Shown in pieces: positions 1-12,600 of a stretch of DNA of 64,000 nt. The notes under the pieces were generated by a model. That model had not been told where the DNA came from and ran no database searches. It saw nothing but the letters and a program-made list of their open reading frames with translations. Position numbers and translations under genes: made by a program. This DNA comes from Tubiluchus corallicola (taxonomy: Eukaryota > Animalia > Priapulida), in the NCBI GenBank assembly GCA_030141605.1, contig JAQGDQ010000075.1, positions 1-64,000 of the forward strand. Direction: 5' to 3'. Within the stretch, counting starts at the first letter, position 1. The number at the start of each line of letters is the position of its first letter.

Positions 1-3000
1 ATATGCAAATTTAGTGGGTGTGAATCGGGGCTTCAAACAAAAAATTGCGAAGACAAACCCTCATACTATTACAGTGAATATCCCATGATATGTTTTAAAT
101 TTAAAACCAAGCAAAACTGCTGCAGGGCTACAACTTAGACTTTCAAGATAATCCTCACATTTCTCTATAAAATAGTTACTGCCAATACATGTATTCTGAT
201 TGAATGTAATTTATGTACTTTGTTTTGGATCTTACGAAGTCGCTAGAGTCTATTTAAAACTGTGGCGGGATGACTTTAGCTGTCCTGGGATCCCACAGTG
301 ATAACAAAATTCTAGCTGCGGAGCCAGATTAATGCATGCTTCATCCGGAAATCTTGCTCCGATGACCTCTGGAACTTAAGACTGCAACTTGCATGACGAC
401 TTCAGTTTTTTCGGTACTCTGCCGTACGAAAGAAGTAAAATCAGGACATAGACATTAAAGTCACCGCACTTGCAAGACAGATTGCTACTGTGAATGCTTT
501 AGACCAAGACAGGAGTTACCACACGTATCTCACTATGATGATTTTGACACCTTCAGGACTCCAAAGAGACAGAAAATGAATTTTAGACGAGGAAAAAACA
601 CTCTGGGAGTTTTATTTCTGAACATAATGTAATAGAGATTCAGAATAATTACCATTCCAATGGTAACTATTGCTTTTATTAAATTATTACCCTTTCTCCT
701 TGTATTCTGAGTATCCGTGGAGTGTTTGAGGAAGATCGTGAGACGCAACAAAGTTAAAATTGAAACTTTACATCAAAGTCCGGCGAAGTCCAGTCACAAA
801 TCTTCAGAAAAATGAGACGCCTGTCCTTGTTGTAAAATACAGAGCATGAAAGTTTGAAGAAACTGACACAGGAAAGCAAATGGGACAAACCACAGACCGG
901 CAATTATCTCATACAAGTATCAATAGTACCGCTTTTCTGAAAGCAGACGTTCTTAAGTTCAAGTCCCCGCTATTGAAAATGCACAATTTTTCAGACTTTC
1001 TACTTTAGTACTGCTTTCGTGTGTTTATATATTTGATTTTGCACGATGTCTTGATACACTGTGGCCTGTAATCCCCCCACCCCGTTAATAAACCTGTAGT
1101 GACCTATAGTGAAAAGTTCTGTGACAAAGTACCTCTGTAGTGTAATGGTTAGCATAGCTGCCATTAAATAAAATCCTTTAGATTTGACAAGCCACACTTC
1201 CATATTAAATCTCTGATAATTTTTCTTTCTTCGTTCAATTCTTCACGCTTGGTCTCTGGTTTAATGTACAATGACACCAGCTTCTCTAGGATACTGGAGT
1301 GACAGAAAAGTGAAATTTGATCATGAAATAAAAAAGTTTTCACAAAAAAGGACAGGGTGTTTTGTGTATATATAACACAGAAATTTGAATTGTAGTTATG
1401 CAGAAACAGCAAATTATCTGGGACTCAAAACTTGTCATCTCTTGTTGAGCTGCTTGACCATTCGTGTTCAGAAAGTACTCTAAAACTGGCGCGTAGTTGA
1501 CAATAGCAGTGATTTCAGCTACTTTTTACTATTTAGTTCTTGTTTTGTACCTATCATACAATGGTGTGCTACATTATTTAGAAAAAACTCAAAGTTGGTA
1601 ATACACATAGATAAATATTGTCCTCCTTTGCTATGCATTTGGTGCAAGTATGTATTAAAAAGTCAACTGACAAGATTAACTAGACATTTATAAACCTCGG
1701 CCATTGACTTTGTAATACATAATTGCACCACATGATTTACACAGACAAAAGCCGGATACAAAAGTTGCAAAGTCAGACAAATATCCCTCTAGCTCATAAA
1801 CAAAATGCAAACATGAGCGCACCACAAAATAAACTATTATTTTACCATCTTTAGTACTATGTAAATGACACAGGAACAGTAATGTAAATCAGTAGATGCA
1901 AAACGTGCAGGATACAGGTATAAAACATGTGCAACAGCTAATTAACATATAGGCGTTGCAAAATGTTTCAACAGTGCAGGAAAAAAGTAACCTCCTCAGA
2001 AATAGAAAGGTAAACAAGATAGCAGCATTTGTTCTTGACGGTTTTTAGTTTTTTTTTTTACTGTTACTCATTACTGTATCATTGGAAAATCATTGTTAAA
2101 ATTTGCAATGAATTTCAGCATTTGAACTAAATGAATGCATACATTATGAATACATAACATAAAATTGGACTGAATAAACTGTTTTTATTTTACTAACTCA
2201 CATTTAGTAAAAGCAGAGTACGAAATATGCATGGCTTGATCTATATAAGTATGTATATTTATCACGATACAGAAAGTGATTTTTAAGTTTTATAAAGCAG
2301 GATGTTTTTAACACTCTTCATCATTTCTTCCTGGTACGTTTCACATAATTTTTTCTAATTAGTACTTGCATGGTCTACACGTTTGGAAAGCACTGTCTGA
2401 ATATATCACAGGGAAGAATCTACCTTTAGGGAGCATATACATAAGATTTTTGTGCACCTTTCAACAAAACTAATTTATGTGCAAAAAAACTCACAAATTC
2501 TGCAAGTAAACCCACTAAAACAGAAAAGTTTTGTTAACATATTTCGCAATAACACGAATTACCAGTACATGGTAAACGTTTTCATAATAATTGTTTTTCA
2601 GCCTTTTTATTACTTACTGGCACTTTGCTTTATACTTAATAGGACAGTATTTTAACTATATTTATTTTTGAGATAAGAATAATAAATTTTGTAAATATAA
2701 ATAACAATAATAAAATAGGCTCAGCGTTTAAAATTATATATCATTAATTCGATCAGGCCACAATTAGTAACTGCAAGTCTGCCACCTACTGGCAGAAAAA
2801 TTAATGAAAATGTTACTCAAAGTTATATGTTCAGTCACTCAATGGAGACTAGTAAGACTACTAGTAGCTTTTTTCTTTTAGAATATACTGCCTGTAAGTT
2901 AAAAATTGATTCAAGGAATTATGAACTCAAAATATATTTCGAATTTTGCCTTTTCAAAAACTAGCCACGTTTTTGGAAGTGTTACCTACGAAACCATGTT

Positions 3001-3641
3001 TATAAGAGCTTGAATTCATGGTGTTCTTGTTCTCAGCAGAAATTATGAACCTACAAAGTTAATAAGATACTACGTTCAACATACTACATGATAAATTTCA
3101 AATTGCCAAATTACCTACATTTCTGCAAAACTATATTATTATCAGTGCCAAGCTAGAAAATAATGCTAGTAATCAGATGTTGTTCATATCCAATTGTCAT
3201 CTTTTGAAATTCCAGTTCTTCCTGAAACTGAACTTGCAGGCTTAAACTGAAAACTACATTATTTCCACAGTTTTGCAAATCAGAGCTATAGTACAACAAA
3301 TACACATTTATAATCAGTGAACTGCCGATATCACATTGCTGAAATTCACTGTTGTATAATAGTTTTAGTCAACAATCCCTGTAAAATTTTTTCCTGTTTC
3401 GACAATAATGAGTGATGACTTCATCTAGACTTCTCAGTAGTAATGTAACTGAGAAAGTTAGTCAGTCAGTCAGTCATTTAATGGTCATTGCATCAACATT
3501 TACACTTTGCTTATAATTGTACAATTTATTTAATCTTTGATTTGATTAGTCTACCATATAACATAGGCCAGGATAAGGATAACACATCTCAACTGTTTAT
3601 AATTAATAGAACCTTGATTTATGGTTTGGAATCTAGATTAC

Positions 3642-3855
3642 TTATGCCAATTTCCACTTTTTGCCAATGTACAAAATGGTGTCTAGTAAAATTTGCTCCC
3701 AGTCTTGGCCTTTTCTCATCTTTTGAAATTTTGTTGGTTTTTGCAGCAAATCCGTGATGTGCTTGGAAGACTGCTGAGTGAGACCAGCAGCCATAACAGC
3801 CTCGCTGAATTTAGTTGGGCTTGCAGTAGCAATACATACTCTAGGACGATCAATT
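3642..3855 (-). CDS. THNSL2: Threonine synthase-like 2, last coding exon
   Basis: ttcttAG|AATTGATCGT...TAA. 214 nt, phase 2, encoding IDRPRVCIATASPTKFSEAV...MRKGQDWEQILLDTI...* (ATA.P.KF motif). Confidence 0.93.
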
Positions 3856-4660
3856 CTAAGAAAAAAAAATAGTATATAGATTATATTATGCACGTGAAAA
3901 TTAACTTGCAATAACAATATATTATAAGTACTTCGTGTGCTATCTGAAATCTTTTTATTAGTGCCAGGCTAAAAAGAACGTGTACTTAAAGTAATAAAGC
4001 TCAAAAAGAAGTGAATTAGCATTTTAAGGAGTGCATAACTTGGACATTATCAGTGATATTTGAATTGCTCACTTCAACATAAGTAGATGACAAGGCAAAC
4101 TACAACAAGCCAAATCTCCTTTTTCTGATGCACCGATACTAAAATTTTATTACATGCTTTTATAGCACATGTGAAATCCATATCTTTCATCTGTGTTTTC
4201 TAGTTCACAGAGAAAACTGTAATGCTGTTAAAAGCTAGTAGCACCCATCCAGTGTTACTGCCAGGTGTATTTGAATGCTTTATTGCAATCTTCATTTTTA
4301 AACATTTTACTTAATGCACCAACACTATGCTATCCAACACCATGATCTTATTCTCAAATGATCTTAACATTTAAAAAGGTGTGGAATTTCTTTGATGAAT
4401 AACCATTGTGGAATTCCCATAATGGATACTATAGCCAAAGTGTTCTCAACGACATACTAATCAAATGGTTTCAGCTGGACTGTGAGCAAGTAGGTTCCCA
4501 GAAAGTGCTTGATTATATGGAACAAATTATTATTTTATGTTATATTTCATGAAACTTGGAAACCACGCTGCAAATTAGAAGCTGTGGAGATAAGGAAGCT
4601 ATACTAGATGCTATACTAGATGTGTGTGTGTGTGCGTTGCTTATTTGAAGGATATGTGAT

Positions 4661-4831
4661 GACTACGTGAGGTACACAAACAAAAAATTGTATATCATTT
4701 TTGCTGACTTTTCCAAGGTATATGATTGCATCCCTAGAAACTGATGGTTTCAAGTAATGAAAAGACTAGGTTGTGCAGTGATTTTAATGGTGCTTGCTGT
4801 TATTTACTGTGATACTCGCTTCATCCTATGA
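4661..4831 (+). mobile_element. Decayed non-LTR retrotransposon reverse transcriptase fragment in the last THNSL2 intron
   Basis: Translates DYVRYTNKKLYIIFADFSKVYDCIPRN*WFQVMKRLGCAVILMVLAVIY, resembling the LINE RT motif F.DF.KA(Y/F)D.VPR..L...L..LG, with an in-frame stop. A KFLVIND piece near 5005-5030 may belong to the same element. Confidence 0.7.
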
Positions 4832-5309
4832 TCAGTGAGTGTGTGCATGCGTGCGTGCATGCATGCGTGTGTGTGCATATTTGAAGGATACATTCTCCAT
4901 AAGTTACAAATTACAAAGCAGCTTGCAAGGACTTGGATGCCATCAGTATACTATAAAACAGAAATGACCTAGGATGACTTGAATAAATCACATCGAGACA
5001 ACGACAAGTTTCTGGTCATCAATGATACAGAAGGAATGATTAAAAAGCAGCTATAGTGAGGCAAAATGAGAAGTAAAAAATAAATAAGGTAAATGAACAA
5101 GAAAAATGCATTTCTCAAGCACAGCCGAAAAATATTATTCTAACCTTTTTCATTTAAATGTAGCAAATTGGTTCATTGTTAATACAAATTGTTAATGTCA
5201 CGGTAGTAGCCTTTGGAGGAAAGCAAGTGTATAAAACTGTTAAAAATTTTCTACCCTTTAAGAGTGCTCAAGACTAATTAATCAATATGTAAAACATAGA
5301 GATACTTAC

Positions 5310-5449
5310 TTTGTCTGCTTACTGTAATGGTATGCCACTCCAGCAGCTGTGTGTGGACATAGCAGATATTCATTATCATTCCAACAACGGCGCATAGTGG
5401 CTTTTACATCTTCATCGCTGGCAACAAATGTTGACATACTATTCTGTAA
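5310..5449 (-). CDS. THNSL2: Threonine synthase-like 2, penultimate exon
   Basis: gttcAG|TTACAG...ACAAA|gtaagt. 140 nt encoding LQNSMSTFVASDEDVKATMRRCWNDNEYLLCPHTAAGVAYHY (YLLCPH.A motif). Confidence 0.93.
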
Positions 5450-5803
5450 CTGAACACAAATGAATGCTACTCCAATCACTAAAGAAAGATATTTGTGACT
5501 TATTTGCAAAAAATGTGATTCTAAGGGCCACATGATCAATTTCTCACTCTATTACATCAAAAGATAAATCCCAAAAATACTACAATGCTAGCTCTTGTTA
5601 AGTTTCTAACTCTTCAGCAAGTATTTTGAAGTCATGTGTGAATGTAAACTATGAAGCAGAACTGATACAATAACAAACAGATTCTTGTACTGCCAATTAA
5701 CATGCTTACTCAAAACTAGCTGTTTAAAATTAGTTACAAAATTTTACAACTAATCGGTTTTACAGTGCAGTGTGATGCTATTAAAATGTGTATAAAATCT
5801 TAC

Positions 5804-5929
5804 ATTCTTCAGTGTAGCATGAGCAACGTTTGTCGAACTAGATTTCTCAAATTCGTCCATGCATTTAGTAACTTCTGCATAATTTCGGCCATTAAGCAAT
5901 ACCCATATCCTTTCCATGTTGTATGGTAC
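5804..5929 (-). CDS. THNSL2: Threonine synthase-like 2, internal exon
   Basis: gatcAG|GTACCATAC...AAGAAT|gtaaga. 126 nt encoding VPYNMERIWVLLNGRNYAEVTKCMDEFEK..., continuing the MDIQVPYN.ER motif. Confidence 0.92.
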
Positions 5930-6284
5930 CTGATCACATAAGAAAGAGAACGATCATTTGTAAAGATGAAAATGAGAATAAATTCTGAATAAGGTGTATG
6001 ACGACACTGTGAAATTAACATCATAAAGATAAAAACTTGCAGGTTATTAATCTATAAAGGTTACTAGGCAAGTCCTCAAAATAAAACAAGTGACTGAGAT
6101 CAAGTTGTAACATGGCTCAATTAGCTAAACTTACTACTAATGTACAAGAATAGTGAAATACCAGCTAAACAATTTTTAATTGTTCAGAACGTTATAAACT
6201 ATCTAAACTACAGTATTTATTAATATCAAATTTTTATCATACACAGATTTTCTGCATATAAACTAAGCTTCACAGTTAGTATAC

Positions 6285-6500
6285 CTGTATGTCCATAGAT
6301 GGAGCCAGGGTACAAAGAACATCTTTTCGAGTGGAAAAATCACCTTGGATGACAGTTCTGTGTACAATATCATTTACTGTCACAGCTGCAACAAATTTCA
6401 CAGGCAGGCCCATGTTTTGCGCTATAATTCCAGCAGTTAAATTCCCCGCAGCTCCAGTTGGTACGACAATTTCAACTTCTCTGCCTACTTCCTTGCAAAC
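6285..6500 (-). CDS. THNSL2: Threonine synthase-like 2, internal exon
   Basis: ttaaAG|GTTTGC...ATACAG|gtatac. 216 nt encoding [48 protein letters not shown]...TLAPSMDIQ (VPTG..GN, MGLP and PSMDI motifs). Not in the ORF track. Confidence 0.95.
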
Positions 6501-7005
6501 CTTTAAAAAAATGAAAAACTTAAGTTATAACAAAATAGTGTTACTCAAAAGGGAAACAACAAAATTTAAATCTCTTACATTAATCTTTTAATACCAACTA
6601 CCACTAGCACAACTCGTTAAGTATGAAACCATTTTACGTAATTTCTGCACATTATAAGAAGTGTGTATTTCGTTGATTTCACTTGAACTAAACAACAAAA
6701 TTTAAAAACATGCAGTCCCAGATAGGAGTGCGCTATTGATCATTATCCTCCAGAGATGGAGAGTTAAAATACACATTGATAAATATATATTACAAATGAG
6801 TATGGAACAACTAACAATTGAGCAGATTAATTAACAGTTTTTTAAGTTAAATACATTTTAATTTGTTAAAATTTAAAAAAATGTGAATAAAGAAAATGAT
6901 TAGTTTAATATTGCTACAAAAAAGGTAATGACTTTCATATACGAACGTACAGTCAAATTGTAAACGCTGAGAAAATTATCTTTATTTATTTAAATGCTTC
7001 TGTAC

Positions 7006-7157
7006 CTGAAAATAACCATAGAAATGGTGAGCTATTTGAACCATAATTCTTCCCCAATTAATGGAATTCAATCCGATGACGTTATACTCTCTGACGATAT
7101 CCACTTTGTTGAATATAGCTTTTATTGGTTCATCCAAATCATCTGATGTGCCCTCAA
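7006..7157 (-). CDS. THNSL2: Threonine synthase-like 2, internal exon
   Basis: ttgtAG|TTGAGGGC...TTTCAG|gtacag. 152 nt, phase-compatible, encoding VEGTSDDLDEPIK...LNSINWGRIMVQIAHHFYGYFQ (family NSINW.R motif). Confidence 0.93.
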
Positions 7158-7463
7158 CTACAAAAACAATGAAAATGGCATCACAATGAAATATAGCAGA
7201 AGGAACAATTACTGAGGGCAGCATAAATGAAATATTTAATATATCTCACATTGCATTTAAGTCAATGACTAATGTTTTTGCTACTTATAATTAAAGAAAG
7301 TAAAATGAAAATCATCGCCACTTAGCACCTGCGTTGCTACCTCAGACTAGAATGCTAACAGCTACGAAAAAATCTAGTTAGGGATTTTTCAAAAATGTAA
7401 AGTAATGTCCAAGGTTCGTACAAATTAATGAATAATTTGTCAGTAATTTTAAACACCAGCTAC

Positions 7464-7616
7464 CTACAAACACATGTACTGAATCGTCAGTTACTGTAGT
7501 CATCATACGTTCTTGAATTTCTGAACAGTGATCTTTAGGAAGAAGAACTATAATGTCCACTCTATCTGAATGTCTAACACTCTCAATGGCAGATGAGCCT
7601 GTGTCACCAGAAGTTC
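7464..7616 (-). CDS. THNSL2: Threonine synthase-like 2, first exon visible in window (internal exon, phase 1 to phase 1)
   Basis: tttcAG|GAACTTCTGGTGACACAGGC...GTTTGTAG|gtagct. 153 nt encoding (G)TSGDTGSSAIESVRHSDRVDIIVLLPKDHCSEIQERMMTT..., with the threonine synthase-family TSGDTG motif and the S.IQE.MTT motif. Confidence 0.92.
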
Positions 7617-7906
7617 CTGAAAGTATTAGGGAACATCATGCAATGAGTACAGAAACATGTTTTATATTCTTGTAACAGTCAACAGAAAGGCTTGCAATCC
7701 GACTCTGAAATGCCCGACAAGTAAAACAAAGTGCATTTAGTTAGCTCAACTATTTTGATTTTGATAACTAATTGTTTTTTGCCACATAAGGCCATAACTA
7801 ATGCCTTACACGTGGCTTTAACAGATAATAGTATAGTAGCTACATTACAAAAATTTGTCACAAATATCTTTCTTTAGTGATTGGAGTAGCATTCATTTGT
7901 GTTCAG

Positions 7907-8046
7907 TTACAGAATAGTATGTCAACATTTGTTGCCAGCGATGAAGATGTAAAAGCCACTATGCGCCGTTGTTGGAATGATAATGAATATCTGCTATGTC
8001 CACACACAGCTGCTGGAGTGGCATACCATTACAGTAAGCAGACAAA
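7907..8046 (+). pseudogene. THNSL2: Duplicate copy of THNSL2 penultimate exon; no upstream exons on this strand in the window
   Basis: Identical in my comparison to the reverse complement of 5310-5449, with intact AG/GT sites. Begins only 50 nt after the duplication breakpoint. Confidence 0.85.
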
Positions 8047-8502
8047 GTAAGTATCTCTATATTTTACATATTGATTCATAAGTCTTGAGCACTCTTAAAG
8101 GGTAGAAAATTTTTAACAGTTTTATACACTTGCTTTCCTCCAGAGGCTACTAACGTGACATTAACAATTTGTTACATTTAAATGAAAAAGGTTAGAATAA
8201 TATTTTTCGGCTGTGCTTGAGAAATGCATTTTTCTTGTTCATTTACCTTATTTATTTTCACTTCTCATTTTGCCTCACTATAGCTGCTTTTTAATCATTC
8301 CTTCTGTATCATTGATGACCAGAAACTTGTCGTTGTCTCGATGTGATTTATTCAAGTCATCCTAGGTCATTTCTGCTTTATAGTATACTGATGACATCCA
8401 AGTCCTTGCAAGCTGCTTTGTAATTTGTAACTTATGGAGAATGTATCCTTCAAATATGCACACACACGCATGCGTGCACGCACGCATGCACACACTCACT
8501 GA

Positions 8503-8673
8503 TCGTAGGATGAAGCGACTATCACAGTAAATAACAGCAAGCACCATTAAAATCACTGCACAACCTAGTCTTTTCATTACTTGAAACCATCAGTTTCTAG
8601 GGATGCAATCATATACCTTGGAAAAGTCAGCAAAAATGATATACAATTTTTTGTTTGTGTACCTCACGTAGTC
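8503..8673 (-). mobile_element. Mirror copy of the RT fragment in the right arm
   Basis: Reverse complement of 4661-4831; overlaps track ORF 8362-8577 (MKRLGCAVILMVLAVIY). Confidence 0.7.
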
Positions 8674-9461
8674 ATCACATATCCTTCAAATAAGTAACGC
8701 ACACACACATCTAGTATAGCTTCCTTATCTCCACAGCTTCTAATTTGCAGCGTGATTTCCAAGTTTCATGAAATATAACATAAAATAATAATTTGTTCCA
8801 TATAATCAAGCACTTTCTGGGAACCTACTTGCTCACAGTCCAGTTGAAACCATTTGATTAGTATGTCGTTGAGAACACTTTGGCTATAGTATACATTATG
8901 GGGATTCCACATGGTTATTCATCAAATTATTCCACACCTTTTTAAATGTTAAGATCATTTAAGAATAAGATCATGGTGTTGCATAGCATGGTGTTGGTGC
9001 ATTTAAGTAAAATGTTTAAAAATGAAGGTTACAATAAAGCTTTCAAATACACGTGGCAGTAACACTGGATGGGTGTTACTAGCTTTTAACAGCATTACAG
9101 TTTTCTCTGTGAACTAGAAAACACAGATGTAAGATATGGATTTCACATGTGCTATAAAAGCATATAATAAAATTTTAGTATCGGTGCATCAGAAAAAGGA
9201 GATTTGGTTTGTTGTAGTTTGCCTTGTCATCTACTTATGTTGAAGTGAGCAATTCAAATGTCACTGATAATGTCCAAGTTATGCACTCCTTAAAATGCTA
9301 ATTCACTTCTTTTTGAGCTTTATTACTCTAAGTACAGGTTCTTTTTAGCCTGGCACTAATAAAAACATTTTAGATAGCACATGAACTGCTTATAATATAT
9401 TGTTATATTAAGTTAATTTTCACGTGCATAATATAATCTATATACTATTTTTTTTTCTTAG

Positions 9462-9675
9462 AATTGATCGTCCTAGAGTATGTATTGCTACTGCAAGCCC
9501 AACTAAATTCAGCGAGGCTGTTATGGCTGCTGGTCTCACTCAGCAGTCTTCCAAGCACATCACGGATTTGCTGCAAAAACCGACAAAATTTCAAAAGATG
9601 AGAAAAGGCCAAGACTGGGAGCAAATTTTACTGGACACCATTTTGTACATTGGCAAAAAGTGGAAATTGGCATAA
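9462..9675 (+). pseudogene. THNSL2: Duplicate copy of THNSL2 last coding exon
   Basis: Same translation as 3642-3855(-); two synonymous differences seen (CCA/CCG, CTA/CTG); acceptor intact. Confidence 0.85.
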
Positions 9676-12600
9676 GTAATCTAGATTACCAAACCATAAA
9701 TCAAGGTTTTATTAATTATAAACAGTTGAGATGTGTTATCCTTATCCTGGCCTGTGTTATATGGTAGACTAATCAAATCAAAGATTAAATTAATTGTACA
9801 ATTATAAGCAATATGCAAATGTTGATGTAATGACCATTAAATGACTGACTGACTAACTCACTCAGTTACATTACTACTGAGAAGTCTAGATGAAGTCATC
9901 ACTCATTATTGTCGAAACAGGAAAAAAAATTACAGGGACTGTTGACTGTTATATAACAGTGAATATCAACAATGTGATATTGGCAGTTCACCGATTACAA
10001 ATGTGTATTTGTTGTACTATAGCTCCGATTTGCAAAACTGTGGAAATAATGTAGTTCTCGGTTTAAGGCTGCAAGATATGTTCAGTTTCAGGAAGAACTG
10101 GAATTTCAAAAGATGACAATTGGATATGAACAGCATCTAATTACTAGTATTATTTTCTAGCTTAGCACTGATAATAGTATAGTTTCGCAGAAATGTAGAT
10201 AATTCGGCAATTTGAAATTTATCATGTAGTATGTTGAACGTCGTATCTTATTAACTTTGTAGGTTCATAATTTTCGCTGAGAACAAAAACACCATGAATT
10301 CAAGCTCTTATAAACATGGTTTCATAGGTAACACTTCCAAAAATATGTGGCTAGTTTTTGAAATTTTGAGTTCATAATTCCTTGAATAAATTTTTAACTT
10401 ACAGGCAGTATATTCTAAAAGAAAAAAGTTAATAGTAGTCTTACCAGTCTCCATTGAGTGGCTGAACATGTAACTTTGAGTTACATTTTCATTCATTTTT
10501 CTGCCAGTAGGTGGCAGACTTGCAGTTGTTACTAATTGTGGCCTGATCGAATTAATGATATGTAATTTTAAACATTGAGCCTATTTTATTATTGTTATTT
10601 ATATTTAGAAAATTTATTATTTTATCTCAAAGATAAATATAGTTAAAATACTGTCCTATTAAATATAAAGGAAAGTGCCAGTAAATAATAAAAAGGCTGA
10701 AAACAATTATTATAAAAACGTTTGTCATGTACTGGTAATGTGTGTCGTGTTATTGTGAAGTATGTTAACAAAACTTTTCTGCTTTAGTGGGTTTACTTGC
10801 AGAATTTGTGAATTTATTTGTGAGTTTTTTGCACATAAATTAGTTTTGTTGAAAGGTGCACAAAAATCTTATGTATAAGCTCCCTAAAGGTGGTAAATTC
10901 TTCCCTGTGATATATTCAGACAGTGCTTTCCAAACATGTAGACCATGCAAGCACTAATTAGAAAAAATTATGTGAAACGTACCAGGAAGAAATGATGAAG
11001 AGTGTTAAAAACATTCTGCTTTATAAAACTTAAAAATCACTTTCTGTAATGCGATAAATATACATACTTATATAGATCAAGCCATGCATATTTCATACTC
11101 TGCTTTCACTAAATGTGAGTTAGTAAAATAAAAACCGTTTATTCAGTCCATTTTTATGTTATGTATTCGTAATGTATGCATTCATTTAGTTCAAATGCTG
11201 AAATTCATTGCAAATTTTAACAATGATTTTCCAGTAATACAGTAATGAGTAACAGTAAAAAAACTAAAAACCGTCAAGAACAGATGCTGCTATCTTGTTT
11301 ACCTTTCTATTTCTGAGGAAGTTACTTTTTTCCTGCACTGTTGAAACATTTTGCAATGCCTATATGTTAATTAGCTGTTGCACATGTTTTATACCTGTAT
11401 CCTGCACGTTTTGCATCTACTGATTTACATTACTGTTCCTGTGTCATTTACATAGTACTAAAGATGGTAAAATAATAGTTTATTTTGTGGTGCGCTCATG
11501 TTTGCACTTTGTTTATGAGCTAGAGGGATATTTGTCTGACTTTGCAACTTTTGTATCCGGCTTTTGTCTGTGTAAATCATGTGGTGCAATTATGTATTAC
11601 AAAGTCAATGGCCGAGGTTTATAAATGTCTAGTTAATCTTGTCAGTTGACTTTTTAATACATACTTGCACCAAATGATTTATGCATAGCAAAGGAGGACA
11701 ATATTTATCTATGTGTATTACCAACTTTGAGTTTTTTCTAGATAATGTAGCACACCATTGTATGATAGGTACAAAACAAGAACTAAATAGTAAAAAGTAG
11801 CTGAAATCACTGCTATTGTCAACTACACGCCAGTTCTAGAGTACTTTCTGAACACGAATGGTCAAGCAGCTCAACAAGAGATGACAAGTTTTGAGTCCCA
11901 GATAATTTGCTGTTTCTGCATAACTACAATTCAAATTTCTGTGTTATATATACACAAAACACCCTGTCCTTTTTTGTGAAAACTTTTTTATTTCATGATC
12001 AAATTTCACTTTTCTGTCACTCCAGTATCCTAGAGAAGCTGGTGTCATTGTACATTAAACCAGAGACCAAGCGTGAAGAATTGCATGAAGAAAGAAAAAT
12101 TATCAGAGATTCAATATGGAAGTGTGGCTTGTCAAATCTAAAGGATTTTATTTAATGGCAGCTATGCTAACCACTACACTACAGAGGTACTTTGTCACAG
12201 AACTTTTCACTATAGGTCACTACAGGTTTATTAACGGGGTGGGGGGATTACAGGCCACAGTGTATCAAGACATCGTGCAAAATCAAATATATAAACACAC
12301 GAAAGCAGTACTAAAGTAGAAAGTCTGAAAAATTGTGCATTTTCAATAGCGGGGACTTGAACTTAAGGACGTCTGCTTTCAGAAAAGCGGTACTATTGAT
12401 ACTTGTATGAGATAATTGCCGGTCTGTGGTTTGTCCCATTTGCTTTCCTGTGTCAGTTTCTTCAAACTTTCATGCTCTGTATTTTACAACAAGGACAGGC
12501 GTCTCATTTTTCTGAATATTTGTGACTGGACTTCGCCGGACTTTGATGTAAAGTTTCAATTTTAACTTTGTTGCGTCTCACGATCTTCCTCAAACACTCC

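Larger units (their letters stand above)
1..5499. repeat. Left arm of large inverted duplication (may extend left of the window)
   Basis: Position 1 ATATGCAAAT is the reverse complement of 13303-13312. Collinear reverse-complement similarity continues to ATTTGTGAC (5491-5499), which pairs with GTCACAAAT (7857-7865). Mirrored ORFs: 1000-1203(-)/12116-12319(+), 1164-1412(-)/11907-12155(+), 3642-3917(-)/9424-9675(+). Confidence 0.97.

Noticed and set aside
533-1412. Short ORFs repeated in both arms (also 11907-12319)
   Set aside because: They recur only because of the duplication; no recognisable domain. The region may contain transposon remnants, but I could not define their ends.
6289-6591. 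100-aa plus-strand ORF
   Set aside because: Antisense shadow of the THNSL2 exon at 6285-6500.
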